Assembly: GCA_016934535.1 (NCBI GenBank)
Contig: JAFGSQ010000010.1
Coordinates: 1 to 64,000, forward strand
Reading direction: 5' to 3'
Length of the DNA stretch: 64,000 bases
Source of the DNA: a candidate division WOR-3 bacterium
GTDB taxonomy: Bacteria > SDB-A
Shown here: one piece after another, positions 28,185 to 38,619 of the stretch
Position numbering within the stretch: position 1 is the first letter of the stretch
Layout: each line of letters starts with the position of its first letter
Made by a program: the position numbers and the translations under genes
The notes under the pieces: generated by a model
The model's input: only the letters and a program-made list of their open reading frames with translations
Told to the model about the DNA's origin: nothing
The model's database searches: none

Positions 28185-29195
28185 TTACTTTATAACCATT
28201 CTTGCGCCTGCCATTCCGTAAGACACGAACTGCATAAGCGTTTTTTTGTCGTCCTCGTCAAGATATCCCTGTTGTCTTATCATTTTCCTCGAAAAATCGA
28301 CTTTCGCGTTTTTGAGCGCTTGTGCGACAGGCAAACCCTTCAGGGCGTATTGAAGAAAATATTTCACGACGAGATCAGCCTCTTGGCTCGGGGGTTCGGC
28401 AGGACCATATGAAACAGTAGTCGAACCTACAAGTACATGAGCTCCTTTTTTAAAAAAAGCCATTGCCATGCTTTCTTCACGCCCCCTTCTTTCCAAAAGG
28501 GCACCGTAGCAGGATTCCGTTACAATCACCGATTTTTCGGCGCTTTCTATGTCCGAAGATGAAATTATAACCGGGAATTCATGCGCTCCCTGACCATACC
28601 AGCATCCGGTGTTTTTATCACCGTGGACGTTAAAATACAAAATGCTCTCCCGTGAAGATACTATTCCTTTGTCGAGATCGCCCCTTCTCGCTGGAGGAGT
28701 AAGAATCAAAGGGCTTGCGGGTGACAGCACGATATAAACAGCAGAAGAAGCTTTTTCCCAAACTTCGGCGGAAACTCCTCTTTTTTCCCCGAGGGGAATT
28801 TCTTCAAGATTATTTTTAATGAAATCCGGCAAAAATTCAGGACAATGCCTGCAGGATGGTATCCTCGACACGGGAAATTCGGGAACGAGGTATTCGTCTT
28901 CCGGACAGCCCCAAGGATTGTCGGAAAGAACAAATTTATCCGAATCTGAAGCCGGATTGTCCAGTCTGAAAAAAGGAAGAGCTTCGTCGTCGCCTATCAA
29001 AGTTATGCTGTCGCACTTCGGCATAACTTTTCCAATAATCTCTTCGCGGAGTTCTTCGTTTGTAAAATCGCTTCTCCCGGTCAGCTCTTCTGCGGTAAAA
29101 ATCTGCCCAATAGGAGAAAGAGTTTTTACCACCGTGTCAGTATCTATTTTCTGTTTCCTTAGATTTTCAAGGGGGATTATAAAAGAGCTCTTCAC
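28185..29195 (-). CDS. Peptidase C25 (gingipain)/caspase-like clan CD cysteine protease, no signal peptide
   Basis: LIGD...LPF, SDNPW, VSRIP, YFNVHG (His), TESCYG (Cys), FVSYG terminal motif. Confidence 0.7.
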   Translation of the reverse strand: MKSSFIIPLENLRKQKIDTDTVVKTLSPIGQIFTAEELTGRSDFTNEELREEIIGKVMPKCDSITLIGDDEALPFFRLDNPASDSDKFVLSDNPWGCPEDEYLVPEFPVSRIPSCRHCPEFLPDFIKNNLEEIPLGEKRGVSAEVWEKASSAVYIVLSPASPLILTPPARRGDLDKGIVSSRESILYFNVHGDKNTGCWYGQGAHEFPVIISSSDIESAEKSVIVTESCYGALLERRGREESMAMAFFKKGAHVLVGSTTVSYGPAEPPSQEADLVVKYFLQYALKGLPVAQALKNAKVDFSRKMIRQQGYLDEDDKKTLMQFVSYGMAGARMVIK

Positions 29196-29289
29196 TTTAT
29201 TTTATGCCTTGGCGCGGTTATAATAAATGTTACAATGTTCTGAAAAACGAGTAAACGTCTAAATATAATTTAACTATAAAGGAGCATAC

Positions 29290-30057
29290 GTGATTAGAAG
29301 GATTTTACCGATTGCGGTTATGTGGCTTATATCTTTTTCAGGAAGATCCATACCTTTGCCGGACGGAGCAGAAAACATTGAAAGAAAATATTTCGACAAA
29401 ACCTTCTCGTCCATCTTTCTTCACACCGAAACAGGAAATATTCACATCGTTAGCGACGACACGCTATTCGTCGAAACTGTAAAAACCGTCAGAAACATAA
29501 CTCCAGAATCGGCTCTCGTGCTTTTAGATTATGTCCAGACCGAGATAGATTCATCCGACGGTCAGCTGAAGGTAATCTTTGAAAGTCCGATGGAAGGCTT
29601 CCCGGACGACGTCAGCTGCCAGGTTAGTTTTATATGCCACGTACCGCCTTATTTGGAAATAAACGCTTATTCGGGCGCCGGCAATGTTGACGTTCACGAG
29701 ATTTTTTCAAAAGTTGTCTGCTCGGTCGGCACCGGCAATATAAACATGGCTGGCGGCAACGGTACCGTCGAAATCGAAATAGGAACCGGCAACGTGAATT
29801 TGAGATGGAGCATGAGAAGCACCGACGCACTCCTCATCGACTCCGAAGCCGGCAACATTACCGCTCTTCTCCCGTTGTCTTTGTCCGCCGATTTGTCTGT
29901 AAGACTTGATGCAGGCAATTTTTCAATTTCGGGATTCGAGGAAGTCCTCGTCAACGCATCTTCCGAACAAGGTTTGTACATTTACACCCTGAAGGACGGA
30001 GGAACAAAAGTTGACATAACCAACATAACCGGAAACGTAACAATACTGGGATATTGA
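29290..30057 (+). CDS. Exported DUF4097/putative-adhesin beta-strand repeat protein
   Basis: SD AAGGAG with GTG start; signal peptide; repeated xGNI/V units. Confidence 0.75.
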   Translation: MIRRILPIAVMWLISFSGRSIPLPDGAENIERKYFDKTFSSIFLHTETGNIHIVSDDTLFVETVKTVRNITPESALVLLDYVQTEIDSSDGQLKVIFESPMEGFPDDVSCQVSFICHVPPYLEINAYSGAGNVDVHEIFSKVVCSVGTGNINMAGGNGTVEIEIGTGNVNLRWSMRSTDALLIDSEAGNITALLPLSLSADLSVRLDAGNFSISGFEEVLVNASSEQGLYIYTLKDGGTKVDITNITGNVTILGY

Positions 30058-30058
30058 T

Positions 30059-31051
30059 TTGAAATTCCCCAAAGGCAATTTAATAATAGAAAACACCAAA
30101 CTCAGTTTCGTCGATTTTGACAAAGTTCTGAACGCTTCCAAGCAGGAGAGGGCTTACAAGATTTCGGGCTACATTTCCATTATTTACCCTGAATCGATAG
30201 ACCTCCTTCTCGTCAAGAACGGAGAACCTTACAACGCAATTACATATACTCATGATAAAAAAATGGTGATAGGCATATCTGAAGTCATCGATCGAGCAAA
30301 AAAATCAGTAATGGGAATTGTAAATTTTTACGAAGTTCCGGAAGAACTTTTACTTTTCATTCTGATTTCAGCGACGAGAAAACCTGTGTTCAGCGCTGTT
30401 GGATGGGAAAAGATAGAAAAAATAGTAAGCAACAAAGAAACTCTGATTTCCAAATTTTACTCCATAAATTTCACGGGATTTCTCGAATTCTCATGCGACA
30501 TAGACCATAATTACCTTAAAATACTTAACGGAGAAATAGTGAAGGGTTATTACGCGTCAAAATTGACAAATCAGGCGAGCTGGCCTGAATTCATAATGCT
30601 TCTGGAAGAGTACTTCAAACTGAGGAAGGGCAACATTCTTATAGAGGGATACCTCTGCAAAACCGACGACAAGGAAGTTCAGGCTTCACCCGCACAAATA
30701 GCATTGTTTTACAACGCGATAAACAGCACTTTCGCAAAATTTTCTGAAATTCTGGGCAAAACGATAGTAGAAAACACTGCGGCGACAAGTTACAACAGGA
30801 TAAAAGAGCAGTTCAGCTTTATGGAAAACTCCTCTTTCGAAAACCTGATAATAGAAGGGTCTATAGTCACGACGCCGCAGGAACTTGTCCGCTCGTTCGC
30901 TGTGTGGTTCGATCTTATAAAGACTTCGTTTTCGTCAATAATCGGAGACGTCGAAGCAGAGAACTTCATACACCAGGCCGTTCACGAATACAGATTCGCT
31001 CTGAAATCCATCGGCTTCTTCGAAAAAAGCAGCCTCACTTTCAAAGAATGA
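30059..31051 (+). CDS. Hypothetical protein with two PATAN/DUF4388-like repeats
   Basis: Two similar segments, ISGYISII...LLVKNGE and FTGFLEF...LKILNGE, plus a helical C-terminus; TTG start. Confidence 0.6.
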   Translation: MKFPKGNLIIENTKLSFVDFDKVLNASKQERAYKISGYISIIYPESIDLLLVKNGEPYNAITYTHDKKMVIGISEVIDRAKKSVMGIVNFYEVPEELLLFILISATRKPVFSAVGWEKIEKIVSNKETLISKFYSINFTGFLEFSCDIDHNYLKILNGEIVKGYYASKLTNQASWPEFIMLLEEYFKLRKGNILIEGYLCKTDDKEVQASPAQIALFYNAINSTFAKFSEILGKTIVENTAATSYNRIKEQFSFMENSSFENLIIEGSIVTTPQELVRSFAVWFDLIKTSFSSIIGDVEAENFIHQAVHEYRFALKSIGFFEKSSLTFKE

Positions 31052-31728
31052 ATCCCGGCTGCCTTTACGTAGTATCGACACCCATAGGTAACCTGGAAGA
31101 CATTACGTACAGAGCGGTAAGAGTGCTTTCCGAAGTGGATCTAATCGCGTGCGAGGACACGAGAAGGACGTACATCCTTCTTCAGCACTTCGGAATCCGG
31201 AAAAAAACGATCTCTTTCAACGAAGAAAATAAAAACTACAGAACAGACAAAATCATTTCTTTTCTGACGGAATCCATGTCCGTCGCTCTCGTAAGCGACG
31301 CCGGAACTCCGGTTGTTTCAGACCCTGGCCAATCCCTCGTGGAAAAGTGCATCGAAAAAGGCATTAAAATAATCCCGGTTCCGGGTCCCTCGAGCGTTTT
31401 GTGCGCACTCTCCGTTTCGGGGTTCAGAGCCGAAGAATTCATTTTTTTCGGTTTTCTTCCGAGAAAAAAATCAAAAAGAACTAAAAAACTCCGTTTCATC
31501 TCCGAAACCGACATGCCTTCCGTTATATTCGAGTCGCCACAAAGAATGACAAAAACTATTAATGAAATTTCCGAACACTGCCCCCGCAGAAAACTCGTTG
31601 TCGCCAGGGAGATGACAAAAATAAACGAAGAGTTCTCTTTCGGAAAACCTTCAGAACTCGCCGAGAGATTTGCCGGCAGAAAAGTTAAAGGAGAAATTGT
31701 GATAATAGTAGGAGGCGAAAAATCTTGA
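31048..31728 (+). CDS. rsmI: 16S rRNA (cytidine1402-2'-O)-methyltransferase
   Basis: LYVVSTPIGNLEDIT, CEDTR, SDAGTP, FESPQR, REMTK; ATG 31048 overlaps the upstream stop. Confidence 0.95.
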   Translation: MNPGCLYVVSTPIGNLEDITYRAVRVLSEVDLIACEDTRRTYILLQHFGIRKKTISFNEENKNYRTDKIISFLTESMSVALVSDAGTPVVSDPGQSLVEKCIEKGIKIIPVPGPSSVLCALSVSGFRAEEFIFFGFLPRKKSKRTKKLRFISETDMPSVIFESPQRMTKTINEISEHCPRRKLVVAREMTKINEEFSFGKPSELAERFAGRKVKGEIVIIVGGEKS

Positions 31729-32354
31729 TACCTTCCAAAACAGCGAACTCATTCAGGAAAATTGTCGGTCCCTTGGTTGCTCTTTTGTTAAAATTGCGCG
31801 TTTCTCCCGACGCTCTGACGCTTTTCGGCTTTTTACTGACCCTTGTTTCTTCTTACTTTATTGCGGTCGGCAATTTTTTAGCCGGAGGTCTCATGCTGCT
31901 TTTCTCCGGACTTTTCGACACCCTGGATGGTGAGCTCGCGAGAGCCGCTTCCAGAGTATCCATGAGAGGTGCTTTTCTTGACTCTTCCATTGACAGACTC
32001 AGCGAATTCGCGACCTTGGGTGCTTTTGCATATTGGGCTTTATACAAAGAACCCGGTTATTTCACCGCACTCTGGACCGATAAAAATTCTTTTATTTTAA
32101 TGTTATTTATAGTATTATTTGGCTCATTACTGACAAGTTACCTGAGAGCGCGTGCAGAAGGTCTCGGAAACGGGACGAGGGAAGGTTTTTTTGCCAGACC
32201 GGAGAGAGTAATTTCTACGGCAATTATTGCGATCTTGGGAAAAAACTTTGTTTTTTGGGGCATGGCTGTTCTCATGTTGCTGGTCAGTTTTACATGTATT
32301 CAAAGGTTTTTTATTATCTGGAAGAATTTTTCAGGAGGTAAAGATGGCGGATAA
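31725..32354 (+). CDS. CDP-alcohol phosphatidyltransferase, probable phosphatidylinositol-phosphate synthase
   Basis: DTLDGELAR...[10 protein letters not shown] signature; [13 protein letters not shown]; adjacent to ino1. Confidence 0.85.
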   Translation: MIPSKTANSFRKIVGPLVALLLKLRVSPDALTLFGFLLTLVSSYFIAVGNFLAGGLMLLFSGLFDTLDGELARAASRVSMRGAFLDSSIDRLSEFATLGAFAYWALYKEPGYFTALWTDKNSFILMLFIVLFGSLLTSYLRARAEGLGNGTREGFFARPERVISTAIIAILGKNFVFWGMAVLMLLVSFTCIQRFFIIWKNFSGGKDGG

Positions 32355-33471
32355 GAAAGTCAGAGTTGGAATCATCGGAGTGGGCAACTGCGCCTCCTCT
32401 CTCGTTCAGGGTGTTTATTACTACAGGAATGCCCGTGAAAAAGACTCCATTCCCGGGATTATGCATGTAAATCTCGGCGGTTATCATATACGCGATGTTG
32501 AATTTTCCTGCGCGTTCGACGTTGTCGAAGGAAAAGTAGGCAAAGACCTTTCCCAGGCGATTTTCGCTTTTCCGAACAATACTTATAAATTCACAGACGT
32601 ACCAAACCTCGGCATCAAAGTTCACAGAGGCATGACTCACGACGGGATAGGCAAGTATCTTAAGGACTTGGTAAAAAAAGCACCCGGTCCATCAGACGAC
32701 GTCCAGAAGATAATAAAAGACACAGGAACCGACGTCGTAATTAATTACCTCCCGGTGGGTTCCGAGGAAGCGACAAAATGGTACGTCGAACAGATATTGG
32801 CCGCCGGAGCAGGCATGGTCAACGCGATTCCGGTTTTCATAGCGACATCCGAATACTGGGCAAAGAGATTCGTCGAAGCCGGCCAACCGATAATCGGCGA
32901 CGACATAAAAAGCCAGGTCGGCGCGACTATAACGCACAGAGTCCTCACTCAACTGTTTCTGGACAGGGCCGTCAAACTCGAAAAGACATACCAGCTCAAC
33001 GTCGGAGGAAACACTGATTTTCTCAACATGCTCGAAAGGGAAAGGCTCGAGTCCAAAAAAATATCAAAAACACAGGCTGTAACTTCCCTGCTTCCTTTCA
33101 AAATGAATGAAGAAGACATTCACATTGGCCCTTCCGATTACATTCCGTGGCTCAAAGACAGAAAATGGTGTTACATAAGAATGGAGGGACAAACCTTCGG
33201 AGACGTACCTCTCAACCTGGAAATGAAACTTGAGGTTTGGGATTCTCCAAATTCAGCCGGTGTAGTGATCGATGCTGTGAGGTGTATAAAATTAGCGAAA
33301 GACAACAACATCTCCGGTCCTTTGACAGAACCCGCTTCCTATTTCATGAAATCTCCTCCGAAACAATATCCTGACAGCATATGCAGGGACAAGACCGAGG
33401 ATTTCATAAAAAAACTTTCATCGAAAATGATAAAAGAAAAAAAACCGGAAAAACACACGGGTAAGAAATAG
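32344..33471 (+). CDS. ino1: myo-inositol-1(3)-phosphate synthase
   Basis: [56 protein letters not shown] before ATG 32344. Confidence 0.95.
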   Translation: MADKKVRVGIIGVGNCASSLVQGVYYYRNAREKDSIPGIMHVNLGGYHIRDVEFSCAFDVVEGKVGKDLSQAIFAFPNNTYKFTDVPNLGIKVHRGMTHDGIGKYLKDLVKKAPGPSDDVQKIIKDTGTDVVINYLPVGSEEATKWYVEQILAAGAGMVNAIPVFIATSEYWAKRFVEAGQPIIGDDIKSQVGATITHRVLTQLFLDRAVKLEKTYQLNVGGNTDFLNMLERERLESKKISKTQAVTSLLPFKMNEEDIHIGPSDYIPWLKDRKWCYIRMEGQTFGDVPLNLEMKLEVWDSPNSAGVVIDAVRCIKLAKDNNISGPLTEPASYFMKSPPKQYPDSICRDKTEDFIKKLSSKMIKEKKPEKHTGKK

Positions 33472-33480
33472 ACGGGCTTT

Positions 33481-34095
33481 ATGCCTCTTTTCATATCGTT
33501 CGAAGGCGTCGAAGGAAGCGGCAAGACGACACAAATAGAGATGCTGGGATCTTTTCTGTCGAAAAAAGACCGCGCTTTTATCGTCACAAGAGAGCCGGGC
33601 GGAACCGAAGTCGGGAATAAGATAAGGGAATTGCTCCTTCAAAACAAATTCGACATTTCAGCCTACACCGAACTTTTTTTATATCTCGCCAGCCGGGTAG
33701 AAAACACCGAAGAAGTGATAATTCCCTCCCTCGAAGCCAATATAATTGTAATTACAGACAGATACGCTGACTCGACAGTAGCTTATCAGGTTTTCGGAAG
33801 AGGGCTTCCTGAAACCCTTGTAAACGAACTCAACATGATCGCAACCAGGGGAATTAATCCGAACATCACCTTTCTACTCGACTTTGAACCCGAATGCGGC
33901 CTGGAAAGAAAAGGACTGAAAAAAGACAGGATCGAGAAAGAAAACATTGATTTTCACGTCAGAGTTCGCGGCGGTTACAGAACTCTCGCCAGAAAACACC
34001 CCGACAGAATTGTCGTAATTGACGCAAAACTTCCCGCCGACGAGATCCATTTGATGATAACCGGAAAAATCCAACAGCATCTCCAAAGTATTTAA
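33481..34095 (+). CDS. tmk: Thymidylate kinase
   Basis: FEGVEGSGKTT, REPGGT, DRYADST, AYQ. Confidence 0.95.
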   Translation: MPLFISFEGVEGSGKTTQIEMLGSFLSKKDRAFIVTREPGGTEVGNKIRELLLQNKFDISAYTELFLYLASRVENTEEVIIPSLEANIIVITDRYADSTVAYQVFGRGLPETLVNELNMIATRGINPNITFLLDFEPECGLERKGLKKDRIEKENIDFHVRVRGGYRTLARKHPDRIVVIDAKLPADEIHLMITGKIQQHLQSI

Positions 34096-34128
34096 ATGAA
34101 AAATACAGGAAATTCAAGGGGGGTAACC

Positions 34129-35760
34129 ATGTCAAGAAAACAGCTGTTCTTGATAATTTTCGCCAGTTCATTTCTCAGCTCCGTTGTGGGAGCGTCGTTA
34201 TGTCTTGTAGCCAAAAACACAAACTCTTCGGAGAGGACTTTGCGCGAAGAACTGGAGTTTTTCTCTCAGTCGCTCGATATAATCATGTCGAATTACGTCA
34301 CCGACATTGAAACAGGCGAACTGATTGAATCTTCGGTCAAAGGAATGCTCGACAGACTCGATCCGTACAGCGTTTATTTCGACTCTGTTGAATTTGCCCG
34401 AATGCAGGAAAACACTTCGGGTAACTTTGGAGGTCTCGGGATAGAAATTGGAATCAGAGGCAGCGTTCTCACTGTCATAGCGCCCATGGACAATACGCCG
34501 GCGGAAAGGGCGGGGCTTATGGCCGGGGATCAAATCCTTGAAATAGATGATGAAAGCACTCAGGGAATAACCACCGAAGAAGCCGTCAACAAATTGAGAG
34601 GAGTACCCGGCACTCAGGTTAAAATCAGGATTCTACATCCTGGGCAGACCGAACCGCTCGACATTGCCATAACGAGGGAAATCATACACCTAAAATCCGT
34701 ACCTTACGCTGAAATAATTGACGGCACCGAAATCGGTTATATCCGTCTTTCAAACTTTTACAATGACGCTGGAATGGAAGTATCTGACGCGGTCAGAACT
34801 CTCGCCGAAAGCGGAGCAAATAAATTCATCCTGGATCTGAGAGGCAATCCGGGCGGACTTCTGAGAGAAGCGATAGATATTTCAAACGTATTTCTTCCAA
34901 AAGGCTCGACTGTAGTATCGACAAACGGCAGAGTCGGCAGAAACAGATTTTTTTCAGAAAATGAACCGATTTCCCCCGCCAGCCCTCTGATAGTTCTCGT
35001 CAATTTCAGCAGTGCTTCCGCTTCTGAAATCGTCGGAGGCGCCATACAAGACCACGACAGAGGCCTCATAATGGGGTCGAGAACTTACGGAAAAGGCTCT
35101 GTCCAGAGTATCTTCCCTCTTTACAGCGGAACGAGAGGCGCCATTAAACTGACGACAAGCCGCTACTATACGCCTTCCGGTAGACTCATAGACGCAGGCC
35201 ATTCGAGAACAAAAAGCCAGATTGAAAACGGCGTCTCTTTGGCAGATTCCGGACCTTACGTCACTGTCGGCCCTTTGAAAAGAAACGTTTTCGGAGGTGG
35301 AGGCATTTATCCGGATTTCCTTTATTATTCTTCTTTGCTGACTGACGAAGAAATAGATCTTTCCACCAAAGGCATCTATTTCACATACGCTATGGAATAC
35401 TCCCTAAAACACCCTTCAATTCCGTTGGATTTCGTTATCTCTGACGCTGACATGGAAAATTTCTACCGTCTCGCAGCCGATTCCGGCATCTACATAGGCG
35501 AGACTACGCCCGAAGAAGTAAGAAAAAACATAATATCCCAATTGAGAATTACAATTGCCACGACAATGTTCGGTGCAGACGGCAGATACTACGAATCTTT
35601 GAAATCGGACGAAGCTGTGGAGATAGCGGTCAGGCTGTTGCGCGAGACTTCATCCATGAGGGACATATTCGGCGTCGCTGAAAATCATCTCCACTGGCAG
35701 GTGATTGACGAAAGAGCTCTGGCCTACGAAGACAGCATCAGAGCAATAATTGATGAATGA
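34129..35760 (+). CDS. ctpA: S41A carboxyl-terminal processing protease (PDZ)
   Basis: LDPYS, FGGLGI, DLRGNPGG, SASASEI, GKGSVQ, YYTPSGR. Confidence 0.92.
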   Translation: MSRKQLFLIIFASSFLSSVVGASLCLVAKNTNSSERTLREELEFFSQSLDIIMSNYVTDIETGELIESSVKGMLDRLDPYSVYFDSVEFARMQENTSGNFGGLGIEIGIRGSVLTVIAPMDNTPAERAGLMAGDQILEIDDESTQGITTEEAVNKLRGVPGTQVKIRILHPGQTEPLDIAITREIIHLKSVPYAEIIDGTEIGYIRLSNFYNDAGMEVSDAVRTLAESGANKFILDLRGNPGGLLREAIDISNVFLPKGSTVVSTNGRVGRNRFFSENEPISPASPLIVLVNFSSASASEIVGGAIQDHDRGLIMGSRTYGKGSVQSIFPLYSGTRGAIKLTTSRYYTPSGRLIDAGHSRTKSQIENGVSLADSGPYVTVGPLKRNVFGGGGIYPDFLYYSSLLTDEEIDLSTKGIYFTYAMEYSLKHPSIPLDFVISDADMENFYRLAADSGIYIGETTPEEVRKNIISQLRITIATTMFGADGRYYESLKSDEAVEIAVRLLRETSSMRDIFGVAENHLHWQVIDERALAYEDSIRAIIDE

Positions 35761-36664
35761 AATCCTGGCCGTAGGATCAGTCGCTCTTGACACAATAGAA
35801 AACGACAGAGGCAGGGTTGAAAACATACCAGGCGGATCGCTTTCTTATTTTGTCAGCGCCGCCGCTTTGTACAAAAAAGTCATTCCGGTCGGCGTCGTCG
35901 GTTTCGACTTTCCAGCCTTGACAGAAGCGTGGGGAGAAGGAAGGAAAATAGACACTTCGAATTTTATAATTGAAGACGGAAAGACTTTCCGTTGGGGCGG
36001 GAAATACGCCGAAGACCTGGACTTCAGGCAAACGCTCTTCACCGAGCTTGGCGTTTTCGGAGACTTCAAACCAAAATTGTCAGGATCGGCGAAAAAGGCA
36101 AAATACGTTTTTCTCGGAAATATTTCACCGGAGTTACAGTTGTCCGTAATAGACCAGGCCGACGATAGATCCTTCAAGGCTTTGGACACAATGAACTACT
36201 GGATTGACGGATTTTACGAAATCCTGATTGAAGCGGTTTCAAAAATCGACCTTTTATTCATAAACGATCAGGAACTCTTTCATCTCGCGGGTAAAAATTC
36301 TGAAACAAGTTCCCTTCTCGAACTTTTCGGACTCGGATTGAAATACCTGGTTCTCAAGAAAGGGAAAAACGGCGCTTTCATTTTTTCAAGGAGCAAATAC
36401 GGATATTCCGGAATATATAAAACGGCGATAGCCGTCGACACAACCGGCGCCGGAGATTCTTTCGCCGGCGGATTCATGGGGCACCTGGCTTCTTCGACGG
36501 ACTCTACAGACATAAACACAGCCGCTGGCTGGAAGAATTTGAAGTCGTCTCTCGCCCACGGAGCCGCCGCCGCGTCTTTTGCAATTGAGGATTTCGGCTT
36601 GGCGAGTTTGATTGGAGCCGGAAAAAGAGATCTCGAAAAAAGGGCTCGAGAGATACAAGCATGA
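35753..36664 (+). CDS. PfkB family carbohydrate/nucleoside kinase
   Basis: VGSVALDTI, GGS, DTMNYWI, DTTGAGDSFAGG. Confidence 0.9.
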   Translation: MNEILAVGSVALDTIENDRGRVENIPGGSLSYFVSAAALYKKVIPVGVVGFDFPALTEAWGEGRKIDTSNFIIEDGKTFRWGGKYAEDLDFRQTLFTELGVFGDFKPKLSGSAKKAKYVFLGNISPELQLSVIDQADDRSFKALDTMNYWIDGFYEILIEAVSKIDLLFINDQELFHLAGKNSETSSLLELFGLGLKYLVLKKGKNGAFIFSRSKYGYSGIYKTAIAVDTTGAGDSFAGGFMGHLASSTDSTDINTAAGWKNLKSSLAHGAAAASFAIEDFGLASLIGAGKRDLEKRAREIQA

Positions 36665-37074
36665 AATACCCCAGAGTGTTCTCGCTTGTCCTCAAGCTGG
36701 CTGGAATTGTTTTTCTTGTTTTTTTTCTGACGTCCGGCGTGTTCGACACGACTTTGGCTTTCAAAAACCGGATATTCAGAACAGGAGCTCTCGTCTTTTC
36801 AGTGATAGCCTGGCGTTATTTCGAGGAACTAAAGAAAATTGAAAATCATTTTTTTCCTCTCATTTTTTTTTCGTTTCTGTTTCTTGGGATTTTCAACGCG
36901 TTTTTTCGTGTAGTGAAAATCACTCCTTTCTCGGCTTCGGTTTTTTTACTGCTTTTTGTCGCAACGGCTCTGATAAAGGTTCTGTTGACCTTTAAAAACG
37001 TTAAATACACAAAGTCGGACCCGGTGGTTTATTCTGTACTCGGCTTTTTTTCTTTTATGTCGCTGGCGGGCTGA
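36661..37074 (+). CDS. Hypothetical membrane protein
   Basis: ATGA overlap with the pfkB gene; several TM segments. Confidence 0.65.
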   Translation: MKYPRVFSLVLKLAGIVFLVFFLTSGVFDTTLAFKNRIFRTGALVFSVIAWRYFEELKKIENHFFPLIFFSFLFLGIFNAFFRVVKITPFSASVFLLLFVATALIKVLLTFKNVKYTKSDPVVYSVLGFFSFMSLAG

Positions 37075-37075
37075 A

Positions 37076-37708
37076 ATGACGAAAATAGGTGCTTCTCTCA
37101 TATCTTCGGATCTTCTCAATCTCGGTGAAGTGATAAGAAATCTTGAAAAAGCCGGAGTCGATTTCATTCATTTCGATGTCATGGATGGACATTTCGTCCC
37201 AAACCTCACTTTCGGGCCGGAACTCGCCCGTGCTGTAAAAAAATTCACTGATCTCCCTCTGGACGTCCATCTAATGACAGACAATCCCGAAAAAACAGTC
37301 AATTGGTTTTTAGACTGCAAGCCTGAATACATTTCGTGGCACGTAGAAATTGACGCCGATCATGAGGCCATATCATCTTTGCTCAGAGAAAAATCAATAA
37401 AACCTGGCTTGGCCATAAACCCCTCTACAGATACAGAAAAACTCTTTCCTCATCTCAGATACATTGATTTTGTCCTTCTGATGAGTGTAAATCCGGGTTT
37501 CGGCGGGCAAAAGTTCATGCCTGATGTGCCGGGAAAAGCGGCCGAAATATTAAAACGCAGCGCTATGGATTTATTCATAGACGGCGGCATCAACGCCGAC
37601 ACTGCTCCATATGCTGTCCGCGCCGGAATAAAAAATCTTGTTTCAGGTTCTTACTTAGTTAGATCTGCCGATTATTCAAAAACTGTCAGAATACTGAAAG
37701 ACAGCTGA
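37076..37708 (+). CDS. rpe: Ribulose-phosphate 3-epimerase
   Basis: HFDVMDGHFVPNLTFG, DVHLM, MSVNPGFGGQ, IDGGIN. Confidence 0.96.
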   Translation: MTKIGASLISSDLLNLGEVIRNLEKAGVDFIHFDVMDGHFVPNLTFGPELARAVKKFTDLPLDVHLMTDNPEKTVNWFLDCKPEYISWHVEIDADHEAISSLLREKSIKPGLAINPSTDTEKLFPHLRYIDFVLLMSVNPGFGGQKFMPDVPGKAAEILKRSAMDLFIDGGINADTAPYAVRAGIKNLVSGSYLVRSADYSKTVRILKDS

Positions 37709-37816
37709 TTTTTTTTTGATGTATTCGCACTGTTTTTGTGCGGATTACTTCATATGGTATCTTCTGATTTTTTCTATTTCACGCATTATCAAGCCATAAA
37801 GTAACCGCCATAATGA

Positions 37817-37832
37817 TGGCATAATAAATGCT
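37817..37832 (+). promoter_or_regulatory. Putative sigma54 (-24/-12) promoter
   Basis: TGGCATAATAAATGCT with exact GG-N10-GC spacing, about 23 nt upstream of ATG 37855. Confidence 0.55.
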
Positions 37833-37854
37833 TTATATTTTGTGGAGGTTTAAA

Positions 37855-38619
37855 ATGAATAAACGAACAATGATTATCAGCACCGCCGTGTTTCTTGCTC
37901 TTTTCGGATGCTGCCGAAGACCTGATATGGTAAGAAACGCCGTAACTGTCACAGGAGACAGAGTGGTAAAAATTTTCTGGGATAAAAATGACGAATCAAA
38001 CATTGACTTCTACAGAGTATACAGATGTTACACTGCATCAGGTTATTATGAACTAATAGCTGAAACTCATTTTGAATATTTTTACGATTATGCCGTAACA
38101 AACGGAATAACTTATTATTATGCTCTGTCAGCCGTAAACGGATGCGGAGATGAAGGCACTTTGACGGATTATCTGATATACGACACACCTCGCCCCCAGG
38201 GTTATTTCGCCGGCATCTGCGATATTACGGTGAATCCGGAGCTTGCGGGATGGGACTTTTCATCATATTCGCACTGTGATGCGCAGTCGCCTCTTTGTGA
38301 CATATATTATGAAGTTTATAACGGAACCGGCTACATTGTCTGCGCGGACCTCAGCACTGATATTCAGGACATGGGCTGGGCTTATTCTTTCGACGATGTT
38401 TCTTACGCTCCGACAAGCGGATGGTCGACAACCGGCGATGCAATAGCCGTTCCGAATCACATATACGTAGTGTGGACGAGAACGAACAACTACGCGAAAA
38501 TATACGTGCGTTCTGTTTCACCCCTGGAAATAGTCTTCGATTGGGCATATCAGCTCGAACCAGGCAACAGGGAATTGAGTGTCGGAATCAGGCAAAATAA
38601 ATCCATCGAGACAAGATGA
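37855..38619 (+). CDS. Lipoprotein with fibronectin type III-like domain
   Basis: SD GGAGG; lipobox LFGC; W...YRVYR...NGITYYYALSAVN FN3 pattern. Confidence 0.8.
   Translation: MNKRTMIISTAVFLALFGCCRRPDMVRNAVTVTGDRVVKIFWDKNDESNIDFYRVYRCYTASGYYELIAETHFEYFYDYAVTNGITYYYALSAVNGCGDEGTLTDYLIYDTPRPQGYFAGICDITVNPELAGWDFSSYSHCDAQSPLCDIYYEVYNGTGYIVCADLSTDIQDMGWAYSFDDVSYAPTSGWSTTGDAIAVPNHIYVVWTRTNNYAKIYVRSVSPLEIVFDWAYQLEPGNRELSVGIRQNKSIETR

Noticed and set aside
30904-31047. N-terminal extensions called for rsmI (30904), ino1 (32227), M42 no. 3 (22730) and clpB (49993)
   Set aside because: They overlap neighbouring genes or promoters; family N-termini and SD sites support the downstream ATGs.
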